Assembly: GCA_965267575.1 (NCBI GenBank)
Contig: OZ254086.1
Coordinates: forward strand, 256,001-320,000
DNA from: Calditrichales bacterium
Lineage (GTDB): Bacteria; Calditrichota; Calditrichia; Calditrichales; J004
Direction of reading: 5' to 3'
Length of the DNA: 64,000 nucleotides
Of this stretch, positions 40,461-49,821 are shown piece by piece. The notes below the pieces were generated by a model. It was not told where the DNA came from. It did no database searches and was given only the letters and a program-made list of their open reading frames with translations. Within the stretch, counting starts at the first letter, position 1. Every line of letters starts with the position of its first letter. Position numbers and translations under genes: made by a program.

Positions 40461-40605
40461 ACACTGCCCCCAACAATGGGTATAAAACATAGGGCGGATA
40501 GTGGTTTCCGCAAATTTCGGGTTCTTAGCAAGCTTAGTCTCGGTGGACAAGTTCGCAGCTCCGAAATGCCCTACGTTTCATACCCGAGACCGTTGTGGCT
40601 AATTT
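40461..40605 (+). mobile_element. attC-like site 3
   Basis: AAC-aat-GGGTATAAAACATAGGGC ... GCCCTACGTTTCATACCC-gagacc-GTT. Confidence 0.8.
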
Positions 40606-41670
40606 AAAACCTGTCGTTCCAGAATTTTATGACAAAGAAAAAAAAGACCTTAATAATCAGAATCCTATTGTTCAGTGGAACGGCAATCTCAATGTTTTTT
40701 GTACCGTGGATATTGGTAAAGGCTTGGATTTTACCCCTACCTGATACAATTCAAGAACAAGTAGATGAAGCAATTGGGCATGGGTTTGATGGAATGGTTG
40801 TCTACATAGACCAAGCGGGAAAACAACCCCAATTTTATACAGGCGGGTGGAAAGATAGAATAAAGAAAATTCCAGCCGACCCAAATTCGCTATTCAAAAT
40901 TGCCAGCATAAGCAAACTTTATACAGCAGTGGCGGCCACCAAGTTGGTCAAAGAAAACCGCTTGTCATTTGACAAAAAACTAACAGATTATCTACCGGAA
41001 CTAAAAGGCAGAATAGAAAATGCTGAAGAAATCACTTTGAAAATGATGATTCAACATCGGTCCGGGATTCCTAATTATACAGATAATCCAGAGTATTGGT
41101 TAGATGAACAAGAGAATGGTAAAAATGCCTTAGATTTTGCCTTAGATTTACCTGCCAGCTTTAAACCAGACAAGGACTATGAATATTCTAACACCAATTA
41201 TTTGTTGCTGCGCAAGATTATGGATAAGGTTTTAGGATACAATCATAACGAATATATCAAAGAAAAAATTTTGAGACCCCTTAACCTTAAAAACACCTTT
41301 TTTTCAATTAACGAAGTGGATTTAGAAGATGTGATGAGTGGTTACTATGTGGGGTATAACGAAGATTTTAAAGCTCGTGAATATGGAATGCTGGCTACAG
41401 CAGAAGATGCTGGTATTTTCTTGCGAGCCTTAAACGAGGGTTCGGTGTTTGACGAGGGAGAAAAGGAAATCTATCCTTATGAATATAATCATGGAGGTTT
41501 GGTAGTCGGCTATCAAAGCCTTGCAGAATATCACCAAGATATTGATGCTGTAATTGTTCAATTTATCAACACTACGGATTTTGAAGGTTATGAATGGAAT
41601 TTATCGGAAATTACAATTAACCGAATTGTGAAAATTTTAAGAAAGAAAAACTAGCCACAACACGGTGTGT
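40592..41670 (+). mobile_element. Gene cassette 4 (serine hydrolase) with truncated attC-like site
   Basis: Starts GTTGTGGCTAATTT; ends AAACTAGCCACAAC (13/14 reverse complement, contains the gene's TAG); only ACGGTGT of the hairpin remains. Confidence 0.7.
40629..41654 (+). CDS. Serine hydrolase, beta-lactamase/D-Ala-D-Ala peptidase fold
   Basis: IASISK (SxxK), YSNTNY (YxN), NHGG. Confidence 0.88.
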   Translation: MTKKKKTLIIRILLFSGTAISMFFVPWILVKAWILPLPDTIQEQVDEAIGHGFDGMVVYIDQAGKQPQFYTGGWKDRIKKIPADPNSLFKIASISKLYTAVAATKLVKENRLSFDKKLTDYLPELKGRIENAEEITLKMMIQHRSGIPNYTDNPEYWLDEQENGKNALDFALDLPASFKPDKDYEYSNTNYLLLRKIMDKVLGYNHNEYIKEKILRPLNLKNTFFSINEVDLEDVMSGYYVGYNEDFKAREYGMLATAEDAGIFLRALNEGSVFDEGEKEIYPYEYNHGGLVVGYQSLAEYHQDIDAVIVQFINTTDFEGYEWNLSEITINRIVKILRKKN

Positions 41671-41795
41671 GTAATTTTGTCTACCTTATGAAAAAGCAAA
41701 AATTAATTATTGTACTACTTTTTGGACTTTCAAATTTATCTATCATTGAAAATTCAATGTCAGTTCGTAGAAGCCCCGATAAAACATAGTAGAAA

Positions 41796-43598
41796 ATGAG
41801 CACCCACATACCCATATCATCCAATAAATCCATTGCGGTTCTCCCCTTTGTTAATATGAGTGCCGACCCAGATAATGAATACTTCAGCGATGGGATTACC
41901 GAAGAAATAATCAACGCCCTAACCACCGTGAAGGGCTTGAAAGTCATTGCCCGCACATCCTCTTTTGCGTTTAAGAATAAAAATATAGATGTGCGAACCA
42001 TTGGTGATCTGTTAGGAGTAAGTACGGTTTTGGAGGGGAGCATCCGGAAAGTCAAAAACAGGGTACGCATTACAGCGCAGTTAATCAGTACGAATGACGG
42101 CACTCACTTCTGGTCGAAAAATTTTGATCGGGATTTGGAGGACATATTTGCACTACAAGATGAAATAAGTTTAAACATTGCAGACCAGATCCGGGAAAAT
42201 TTTGGTCATCTCCATATTCGGGAACATCTGATTGAAGCGCCTACACAAAATATGGAGGCCTACAACCTTTATCTTAAAGGTCGCTACCATCATTTAATGT
42301 GGGACGGACAAGGAATCGCAAATGCAATAGAACTCTATGAACAGTGTGTAGCGATAGACCCCTCATTTGCTTTGCCTTACTTTGGTTTGGCTTATTGTTA
42401 TGCAATGGCCGGATCCTGGGGAAATAATAAAGGCTTATTACAGATGTCAGAAGAGGATCTCAGCAAAGGTTTTAATTTAGACAAACAATCCTACGTAGGG
42501 TATTTCAGTAAAGCGACATTGTCCTTTTGGGGGCAATGGGATTTCATCAAGGGGCATAAATTTTTTCAAAAATCAATAGAGCTGAATCCATCCTATACGG
42601 AAGCAGAAGAAGGTTTATGCGAATTGTATACAGCAGTAGGTTATTTTGAAAAAGCGCACCGGCATACTGATAATATTTTAAAAATAAATCCTTTATCTCC
42701 GAACCATTATTTTACCAAAGCAAATATTTATTATCTAAACGAAGACTACACGAAAGCTTTAGAATGTATAGAGACCTCTTTGAGCATCAATCCGGATTTC
42801 ACACATTCCATCGCATTAAAACAACTTTGTTTAATTCTTTCGAAAGATTACGAAAAGCTAAATGACTTCTTAGGTCAAACCCCTTTGGCCGAGAGACCAG
42901 AAGAATGCAGAGTATTGTACAAGTTGGTCAATCCGGAAGAAAAGATCGATGTTGATATCAGCAGGGTTAGCTTAATGATAAAAGAAGATTCCGGGGGAAC
43001 GCTTTTTCCCTGGCAACTTTTTTTGTTGGTCTATTTGGACAAACACGAAATGGCATTGGACTTTTTGGAAGAAAACATCAGGATGCGTACCGGTCAAATC
43101 ATAAACTTTATGAATATTCCGTTCCTTAAACCCTTGCGCCGGCATAAGCGATTTCAAGATTTAGTACAAGCTGCTTTCGGGGTAGAACTCTTGCCACCTA
43201 ATCCCGAAAAACAAATACGAATTGACCCTCCCAAGACATTGATGTCAGTTACTGAAATCGACAAGCTTTTAGAAATATTAGGAAAGGGAATGAAGGAAGA
43301 AAAGTGGTTTCAAAAGCCATCTTTAACTTTACGCGAGCTGGCCGAAAACCTGACTATTAGCAGTAACCAGCTTTCCTGGTTGCTAAATGAACAAATTGGC
43401 CAAAATTTCAATGAATACATCAATAGTTTTCGTTTGGAGAACTTCAAAGAGAAGGCCCTAAATCCTGCCAATAGCCACCTTACCCTTTTAGCGCTAGCTT
43501 ATGAAAGCGGCTTCACTTCTAAATCGGTATTCAATACCTACTTTAAAAAAACCGAAGGGATGACACCGAAAGCCTGGCTGCGGTCTAATCAAATTTAA
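41796..43598 (+). CDS. AraC-family regulator with N-terminal TolB-like domain and TPRs
   Basis: SIAVLPFVNMS..NEYFSDGITEEIIN, TPR region, C-terminal LAYESGF.SKS.FN.YFKK..GMTP. Confidence 0.88.
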   Translation: MSTHIPISSNKSIAVLPFVNMSADPDNEYFSDGITEEIINALTTVKGLKVIARTSSFAFKNKNIDVRTIGDLLGVSTVLEGSIRKVKNRVRITAQLISTNDGTHFWSKNFDRDLEDIFALQDEISLNIADQIRENFGHLHIREHLIEAPTQNMEAYNLYLKGRYHHLMWDGQGIANAIELYEQCVAIDPSFALPYFGLAYCYAMAGSWGNNKGLLQMSEEDLSKGFNLDKQSYVGYFSKATLSFWGQWDFIKGHKFFQKSIELNPSYTEAEEGLCELYTAVGYFEKAHRHTDNILKINPLSPNHYFTKANIYYLNEDYTKALECIETSLSINPDFTHSIALKQLCLILSKDYEKLNDFLGQTPLAERPEECRVLYKLVNPEEKIDVDISRVSLMIKEDSGGTLFPWQLFLLVYLDKHEMALDFLEENIRMRTGQIINFMNIPFLKPLRRHKRFQDLVQAAFGVELLPPNPEKQIRIDPPKTLMSVTEIDKLLEILGKGMKEEKWFQKPSLTLRELAENLTISSNQLSWLLNEQIGQNFNEYINSFRLENFKEKALNPANSHLTLLALAYESGFTSKSVFNTYFKKTEGMTPKAWLRSNQI

Positions 43599-43813
43599 GC
43601 TGGTTTAAAAGGTGTCAAATCTCACTATAAAGTCCGAAATTACATTTCAGGACGATTCATCTTTCTTTTAACTCCACTTTTGCATCCATCAATTCAGTAA
43701 AGCAGAGTAAATAATCATCGGATGATGATTTCTTTCCTCTTTATCAGATGAACTATCGATAACGGGAGGGGCTTTGTAGAAATCGGAATTTCAAAAAAAG
43801 GAGTCGTATTATC

Positions 43814-44464
43814 ATGAAAAGTCTATTTACAATTTTTTTGTTTTTTTGCACACTTAGTGCTTTTGCTCAGGTTAAATCACCGGAGAGTAATGCAACTGAA
43901 GTTGCCCATGAGTACAGGGTAAGTTTACCTTATTTTGTTCCGGAAGGGCTTATCGTGGATTCCTGGGACGATCGAACAAGTACACGACACTTAGAGCTTC
44001 ATATAAAACGTAACCTGGATAATAAAAATATCATAGGTTTGAAGTTTACCTCCTGGCGATTGTTTCAACCAATGGGAATCACATGGTGGGATGGTCTTTT
44101 AGATAAGCTCGAGACAGAAAGTGAATTCTATCCAGGACATGTGCGAGAAATAGGAATAGGTATAACATACCAGCGTATGCTATGGAAAGGACTATTTGCA
44201 ACTGTTGAAGTTCTACCGCAATTTCAAACCTACTTGGATCTAGACGGTAAAAAAATTGGAAATGATTTTAAACTTTATACGTCGTATCATCTTGGCTACC
44301 ATATCGCATTTGGTGAGGAAAAACGATTTTTTATAGAACCACAAATTAATTGTATGTACTGGATGTTTGACAACAATGCTCCTGATGGATTTAAGCAGCT
44401 GGATGATAAATGGAGAAACTACTTTCTTTTTGAGCCGCAGATTTACTTAGGGATAACATTTTAA
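43814..44464 (+). CDS. Hypothetical exported/outer-membrane protein
   Basis: GGAG RBS, signal peptide, aromatic-rich, C-terminal F. Confidence 0.7.
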   Translation: MKSLFTIFLFFCTLSAFAQVKSPESNATEVAHEYRVSLPYFVPEGLIVDSWDDRTSTRHLELHIKRNLDNKNIIGLKFTSWRLFQPMGITWWDGLLDKLETESEFYPGHVREIGIGITYQRMLWKGLFATVEVLPQFQTYLDLDGKKIGNDFKLYTSYHLGYHIAFGEEKRFFIEPQINCMYWMFDNNAPDGFKQLDDKWRNYFLFEPQIYLGITF

Positions 44465-44493
44465 ACTTAGTCTAACCAACCAGGATTCATAAT

Positions 44494-45108
44494 ATGAAAA
44501 CAATTTTAACAGTATTATCTATCTGCATTTTCCTAAGCAGTAATGTAGCTGCTCAAGTAGAAGAAGAATTTTCTTCATCCAAATCACATTCCCCACTCGG
44601 TGCATTCAAGCATTCTGTTAATATATGTCCTATCGCCCCGGTTTTCGGATTTTATTCGATTAACTATGAATACCTGATTAGTCCGCAGGATGGAATTGTT
44701 GCTCGCTTCGACTATGAAGATGTTCCTGAGACTTACACGGACGCTTCGATAGAGTCAAGTGGTATAGGTTTTACAGTGAATTACCGGAGGTATTTGTATG
44801 GGGAAATAAATTCTATATTTCTTGGAGCTTACACCAGATATAGAATCTACGAAGGAAGTGGTAAGCTAAATTCAAAAAAGTTCGATCTTACCCTAAAATC
44901 TTTTTCTATTGGACTGAACGCAGGAAAACGTTGGGTCTGGAATAGTGGTTTTAATATAGTCTTTTCATTGGGCTATGGAATTGATATAAATAACAGGGAG
45001 GCAAATCCGACTGACAACTCTATTGAATCGATACTTGACCAATTTGAAAAGGAATATGAATTCATGTCCCCGTTTTATGGAGAATTCTCAATCGGTTATA
45101 CATTCTAA
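44494..45108 (+). CDS. Outer-membrane beta-barrel protein (DUF3575-like)
   Basis: Signal peptide; YSINYEY, GKRWVW.SGF, SIGYTF C-terminus. Confidence 0.65.
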   Translation: MKTILTVLSICIFLSSNVAAQVEEEFSSSKSHSPLGAFKHSVNICPIAPVFGFYSINYEYLISPQDGIVARFDYEDVPETYTDASIESSGIGFTVNYRRYLYGEINSIFLGAYTRYRIYEGSGKLNSKKFDLTLKSFSIGLNAGKRWVWNSGFNIVFSLGYGIDINNREANPTDNSIESILDQFEKEYEFMSPFYGEFSIGYTF

Positions 45109-45282
45109 CTCATAAAATCCAATCTTATGGACAAAAAACTACAGAAAGCCGCCTTTTTAAAAATTTGTACATTACCTTTTGCGCGGATATTTTCACTTAA
45201 ACAAAATCCTTAATCCGCGAGGGGATGCACGCCATACGCGCCATACACGCATAGTCCCCATAAAATGGCAGGAAGCATCAGA

Positions 45283-46224
45283 ATGAATCAACAAAAGAGC
45301 ACCATGCGAGCGGTCGTCTGTCCGAAATACGGACCGCCGGAGATTTTGGAAATAAGGAACATACAAAGGCCGATCCCAAAAAAAAATGAGGTTTTGGTAA
45401 AGATAATTGCCGCATCTGTAAATACGGGAGATGTCAGAATCAGGGGGCTAAAGGTAAAAGGGTTCTTAAAAATCATTATGCGTGTTGTACTGGGATTTTC
45501 AAAGCCCAGAAAACCCGTTTTGGGGGTCGTTTTTTCTGGCATCGTTGAACAAGCGGGAGAGGAAGCGACACAGTTCAAGGCAGGTGACGAGGTTTATGGT
45601 ACAACCGGCTTTAAACAAGGCTGCCATGCCGAGTATGTTTGTATTCCGGAAAATAAAACAATTACAACCAAGCCTGAAAACGCTTCATTCGAAGAGGCCG
45701 CAGCCCTTCCTTTTGGCGGTCAGACCGCCATATATTTTTTAAGAAAAGGCAAAATAGAAGAGTTAAACAGTCCACAGGTGCTGGTATATGGTGCAACCGG
45801 GTCCGTGGGTGCTGCTGCCGTACAAATTGCCAGGCATTATGGAGCAACGGTAACGGCTGTGTGCAGTTCAAGAGGAAAAGAACTTGCACAAAAACTGCAA
45901 GCAGATCATATCATCCTGTATGACCAGGAAGATTTCACAAAAGCGTCAAGCAAATTCGACATCATCCTGGATGCGGTTGGGAAAACCAATAAAAAGCAAT
46001 GCGGTTCGCTTTTAAAACCCCATGGTAAGTTTTTTACGGTGGAAGGAAATGACATTGCGGCTGAACGGAAAGAGTACCTTGAATTTTTGTCCGGGCTTTT
46101 TAAAAACAGGCATTACGCCGCGATCATTGATAAAGTGTATCCTATGGAACAGGTTCAAGAAGCCCACAGGTATGTGGACACAGGGAGAAAAAAAGGTAAT
46201 GTGGTTCTAAAAATTTCATCCTGA
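45283..46224 (+). CDS. NAD(P)-dependent alcohol dehydrogenase/quinone reductase (MDR family)
   Basis: YGPPEIL, EVLVKI.AASVN.GD, VLVYGATGSVG, GRKKGNVV. Confidence 0.88.
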   Translation: MNQQKSTMRAVVCPKYGPPEILEIRNIQRPIPKKNEVLVKIIAASVNTGDVRIRGLKVKGFLKIIMRVVLGFSKPRKPVLGVVFSGIVEQAGEEATQFKAGDEVYGTTGFKQGCHAEYVCIPENKTITTKPENASFEEAAALPFGGQTAIYFLRKGKIEELNSPQVLVYGATGSVGAAAVQIARHYGATVTAVCSSRGKELAQKLQADHIILYDQEDFTKASSKFDIILDAVGKTNKKQCGSLLKPHGKFFTVEGNDIAAERKEYLEFLSGLFKNRHYAAIIDKVYPMEQVQEAHRYVDTGRKKGNVVLKISS

Positions 46225-46288
46225 AAGCTAAATGCTGTGCCCAAATCCGAATAGAAACTTTATAAAACTTTACTAATCAAAATGATTT

Positions 46289-47785
46289 ATGTATAAAAAA
46301 ATATTTCTAATTATAAGTGTTGTGCTACTTCAATGTATTGGTGGGACTACACAAAACCGGTTTAACAGCGAAACCCTCAAAACTCGAATTGATAGTTTCT
46401 TAAGCATTAGCGTGGAAAATGGGTACTCCGGTAGTATTCTTGTGGCGAAGGATGGTAAAATCCTCCTGGCAAAAGGATATGGTTGGGCTGACAGGGATAA
46501 AAAAATACCCAACGGGTCAGCGACCGTATTCAATATCGGTTCAGTCACCAAGCAGTTTACCGCTGCTGCCATTCTGAAGCTTAAGGAAATGAACAAGCTG
46601 GATGTTTCTGATAAGCTTTCAAAATACTTCCCCCGGATGCCCCCTGACAAACAAGACATTACAATACATCATTTGCTAACTCATACGTCCGGTATATCAC
46701 CCTGGACAGGTGGTTTTAGGTATACGGAAGCAAGTAAAGGACAATTTTTGAACGAATTTTTTCAATCTGAACTAATGCACGCGCCGGGTACAAAACATAT
46801 TTATGCAAATGCCAATTATATTTTATTGGCTGCCATAATTGAAAAAGTCGCGCAACAAGAATACGAGACCTTTTTGCGGGAAAATATTTGGATTCCCCTA
46901 AACATGATTCACACCGGTTATAAACGTATTGATTTCAACAGCGAACAACTCGCTCATGGCTACTTTTATCATTATACGAATGGCGAGTGGAGAGATTGGG
47001 GCATAACCCAGGAATATCTGCCTTTTACTTCAAAACATTGGTACAGCATCGGTAAGGGAGATATTTATTCTACGGTTGAAGATTTATACAAATGGCATCT
47101 TGCACTGGAACAAAACAAAATATTAACGGAAGAAACAAAGCGTTTAATGGAAATGCCGCACGTTCCGGAGAATGACTCAAAAACTTCATTTTATGGATAT
47201 GGCTGGGCAATATTTAATTCGTCAAACGATAGAAAAATTGTAACACATAATGGCAGCAACGGAATATACTTTGCTGATTTTATTCGATATGTGGATGATG
47301 ACATTGTAGTAATAGCACTGTCCAACGTTATCTTAAACCGTCAATCAGAGAAAGTGGCATGGGAAATTGCCGCAATGATTTCTGATGTGAATTATGCCCC
47401 TAAAGCAATTCCAAAAAATAGCTATGAGCTGGTTTTTGATTTTGTCAGAAGCCATACACCCAATAACGCGCACCAATTACAGGAATATATTAAAGATAAA
47501 ACAGGAACATCCATTAACGAAAAGGCAATCTTAAATAGAATTGGATATAAGCAGATAACTGAAAATAAAGATACAGAGTGGGGAATTGCCTTACTAAAAA
47601 TAAATGTCGCGCTTTTCCCCGACGACGGAAATCTATGGGATTCATTGGGCGAGGGCTATTACCTGCTCAATGATAAGGATAATGCGATTGAGAGTTTTAA
47701 AAAAGCAATTGAATTAGGTTCCGGCAATGACTGCCACTGGTGCGCACATTCAAAAAAGCGTTTAATGGAATTATTGGGTGAGTAA
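46289..47785 (+). CDS. Serine hydrolase (beta-lactamase fold) with C-terminal TPR
   Basis: IGSVTKQF, LLTHTSG, YANANY, HNG, NLWDSLGEGY. Confidence 0.88.
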   Translation: MYKKIFLIISVVLLQCIGGTTQNRFNSETLKTRIDSFLSISVENGYSGSILVAKDGKILLAKGYGWADRDKKIPNGSATVFNIGSVTKQFTAAAILKLKEMNKLDVSDKLSKYFPRMPPDKQDITIHHLLTHTSGISPWTGGFRYTEASKGQFLNEFFQSELMHAPGTKHIYANANYILLAAIIEKVAQQEYETFLRENIWIPLNMIHTGYKRIDFNSEQLAHGYFYHYTNGEWRDWGITQEYLPFTSKHWYSIGKGDIYSTVEDLYKWHLALEQNKILTEETKRLMEMPHVPENDSKTSFYGYGWAIFNSSNDRKIVTHNGSNGIYFADFIRYVDDDIVVIALSNVILNRQSEKVAWEIAAMISDVNYAPKAIPKNSYELVFDFVRSHTPNNAHQLQEYIKDKTGTSINEKAILNRIGYKQITENKDTEWGIALLKINVALFPDDGNLWDSLGEGYYLLNDKDNAIESFKKAIELGSGNDCHWCAHSKKRLMELLGE

Positions 47786-47852
47786 CCGATTGCACATATT
47801 TTAGACACGTCTAAAAAAATCACTAACAATTAAACAATCAAAGGTACATTGT

Positions 47853-48203
47853 ATGGACAACTCAAGAGTATTTAAAATGTCATTTGCCGGCATATACCCG
47901 CATTATATTACCAAGGCGGAGAAAAAGGGACGCACCAAAGAAGACGTGGATACGGTGATCTGCTGGCTTACCGGGTACAACCAAAAAACGCTTCAGCAGC
48001 AAATTGATAAAAAGGTCGATTTAGAAACCTTCTTTACCGAAGCGCCGCAAATCCATCCCAATGTTTCCAAGATCACCGGCGTTATCTGCGGCCACCGCGT
48101 CGAGGACATCGAAGATCCGCTGATGCAGAAAATCCGCTACATGGATAAGCTTGTGGACGAAGTGGGACGCGGTAAAGCCATGGAAAAGATTTTGAGGAAG
48201 TAA
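47853..48203 (+). CDS. DUF2200-family protein
   Basis: [50 protein letters not shown]. Confidence 0.85.
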   Translation: MDNSRVFKMSFAGIYPHYITKAEKKGRTKEDVDTVICWLTGYNQKTLQQQIDKKVDLETFFTEAPQIHPNVSKITGVICGHRVEDIEDPLMQKIRYMDKLVDEVGRGKAMEKILRK

Positions 48204-48250
48204 GCGAATATAAAAGGCTGATTATTTTTACCTTATTTTAAAAAAGCTTT

Positions 48251-48760
48251 ATGAAAAAAATAAACTTCACTGTATTAATTTTATTAATAATTTTTATTTT
48301 CAATTGGTCTCAAACTAGTCATTTTGACAATAGAGAAGTGTTCTTAAATGATTCTGATACATCTGGAACCATTATTTGTGAGACGCCAAATGGAAAGATT
48401 TTATACACAATAAAAAATAATCCTAATGACGAGCTTTTTATTATGTTTAACGTCTTGGAAGTAAATCAAGAATGGTTCAGAATTGAAACGCTTAATTATC
48501 CTGAAACAATTTCGGGCTGGATATATGGCTCAGTAACTGCTGCAAGGATAGGAAATCTCGACAACTCAATGAATATTTATCAGAAACCCGATAGCAATTC
48601 AACAATAGCTGCTTCTTGGACAGGAATGAAAATCATACAGTTGGTAACTTTTAAAGGGGATTGGGCGAAGGTGAAGCTTACTTTAGATAATGATGAGCTT
48701 GTAATTGGTTGGATAAGATCCAATCTACTTTGTGGCAATCCCTATACTTATTGTAATTAG
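48251..48760 (+). CDS. Hypothetical secreted protein with SH3-like repeats
   Basis: Signal peptide; W.RI..GWI and WAKV..GWI repeats; ends CGNPYTYCN. Confidence 0.6.
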   Translation: MKKINFTVLILLIIFIFNWSQTSHFDNREVFLNDSDTSGTIICETPNGKILYTIKNNPNDELFIMFNVLEVNQEWFRIETLNYPETISGWIYGSVTAARIGNLDNSMNIYQKPDSNSTIAASWTGMKIIQLVTFKGDWAKVKLTLDNDELVIGWIRSNLLCGNPYTYCN

Positions 48761-48804
48761 CATAAACACACAATGGCAAAGGACAGACAATCTCATAAAA
48801 TCCA

Positions 48805-49233
48805 ATGCGAAAGCTACGCGTAAAAACACACCCCGAAATTAAATCTGTATTCAACAACTACCCCGATGCCGCGCGCGAAAAAATTGAAAACCTGCGCCGG
48901 CTGATACTGGAAGCCGCACAGGCGATCGCCGGACTGTCCGTGCTGGAAGAGACGCTGAAATGGGGCGAACCCAGTTATTTGGCCAAGCACGGCAGCACCG
49001 TCCGCATCGACTGGAAGAAAAAGACGCCCGGACAATACGCCATCTATTTCAAGTGCACCAGCAAACTGGTACCCACCTTCAAAGAGGTCTATGGCGACCT
49101 GTTTACGTTTGAAGGCGACCGCGCCATTATCTTCCAGATGGAGGACGCCGTTCCCGAAACTGAGCTAAAAAAGTGCATCACCGCGGCTTTGAGTTATCAT
49201 AAGGTTAAAACGCTGCCGCTGCTGGGGATGTGA
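48805..49233 (+). CDS. DUF1801-family protein
   Basis: LRRLILEAA..LEETLKWGEPSY..GSTVRIDWK. Confidence 0.85.
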   Translation: MRKLRVKTHPEIKSVFNNYPDAAREKIENLRRLILEAAQAIAGLSVLEETLKWGEPSYLAKHGSTVRIDWKKKTPGQYAIYFKCTSKLVPTFKEVYGDLFTFEGDRAIIFQMEDAVPETELKKCITAALSYHKVKTLPLLGM

Positions 49234-49249
49234 TCACCCATAATAAAAA

Positions 49250-49275
49250 AGAGACGCAAGATGTTGCGTCTCTAC
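49250..49275 (-). repeat. GTAG-type REP palindrome
   Basis: GTAGAGACGCAACATCTTGCGTCTCT on the - strand. Confidence 0.65.
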
Positions 49276-49283
49276 GTTTAATG

Positions 49284-49388
49284 CTGTCATCTCGAACCTC
49301 CGAAGGAGTGAGAGATCCAGGATGTAACCGGTGCCAACTAAAGCCACGGCGCACTCCCAGATCTCTCACATCCGGTCGAGATGACAGC
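49284..49388. repeat. REP-doublet-like element family D (fragments at 53541-53570 and 30514-30523)
   Basis: CTGTCATCTCGA..GAGTGAGAGATC ... GATCTCTCAC..TCGAGATGACAG terminal inverted repeats. Confidence 0.75.
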
Positions 49389-49462
49389 TATATTTCGTTT
49401 CTACTTTTCTTCCCTTCAAGCTCTTCATGTTCTTCATGGTGAAATCTTTTTGATGTGTCTCT

Positions 49463-49804
49463 TCAGCCAATGGCAACTTCGCCGGTTTCCCCAGTGCGGA
49501 TACGGATACACTCCTGCAACTCGGAGATGAAAATCTTACCGTCACCTACCGATTCGGTGCGCGCCCCTTCAATGATGCCTTCAACAGCCTTTTCCACAAA
49601 AGCCTCGTTTACGGCGATCTCCAGACGCACTTTTTTCAGCAGGTCCACCTCCATACCGGCGCCGCGGTAATCTTCGTGGTAGCCGTGTTCCTGCCCGCAG
49701 CCCAGCGCGTTGGTCACGGACATTTTGAAGACATTGCGCTCAAACAACGACTTTTTCACCAGGTTAAGGCGCTCCGGCTTTATGTAAGCTACAATCAATT
49801 TCAT
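49463..49804 (-). CDS. glnK: P-II nitrogen regulatory protein
   Basis: MKLIVAYIKP, G.GQE.G..E.YRG, ARTESVGDGKIF, IRIRTGE; directly downstream of amt. Confidence 0.9.
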   Translation of the reverse strand: MKLIVAYIKPERLNLVKKSLFERNVFKMSVTNALGCGQEHGYHEDYRGAGMEVDLLKKVRLEIAVNEAFVEKAVEGIIEGARTESVGDGKIFISELQECIRIRTGETGEVAIG

Positions 49805-49821
49805 TTTAGATTTCTCCTCTG

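Larger units (their letters stand above)
38211..40594 (+). mobile_element. Gene cassette 3 (restriction-modification pair)
   Basis: Starts GTTGGGGGCAATGT; ends ACACTGCCCCCAAC (13/14 reverse complement) followed by an attC-like hairpin. Confidence 0.8.

Noticed and set aside
32683-41670. CRISPR array or plain terminators as the explanation for the spaced hairpins
   Set aside because: The repeats are not identical, are separated by whole genes, lack U-tracts, and no cas genes are present.
41681-42103. 140-aa - strand ORF
   Set aside because: It is the antisense shadow of the conserved TolB-like domain of the AraC regulator.
40629-47785. Calling the two serine hydrolases beta-lactam resistance genes
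   Set aside because: SxxK/YxN motifs are shared by many esterases and peptidases; no class-specific evidence.
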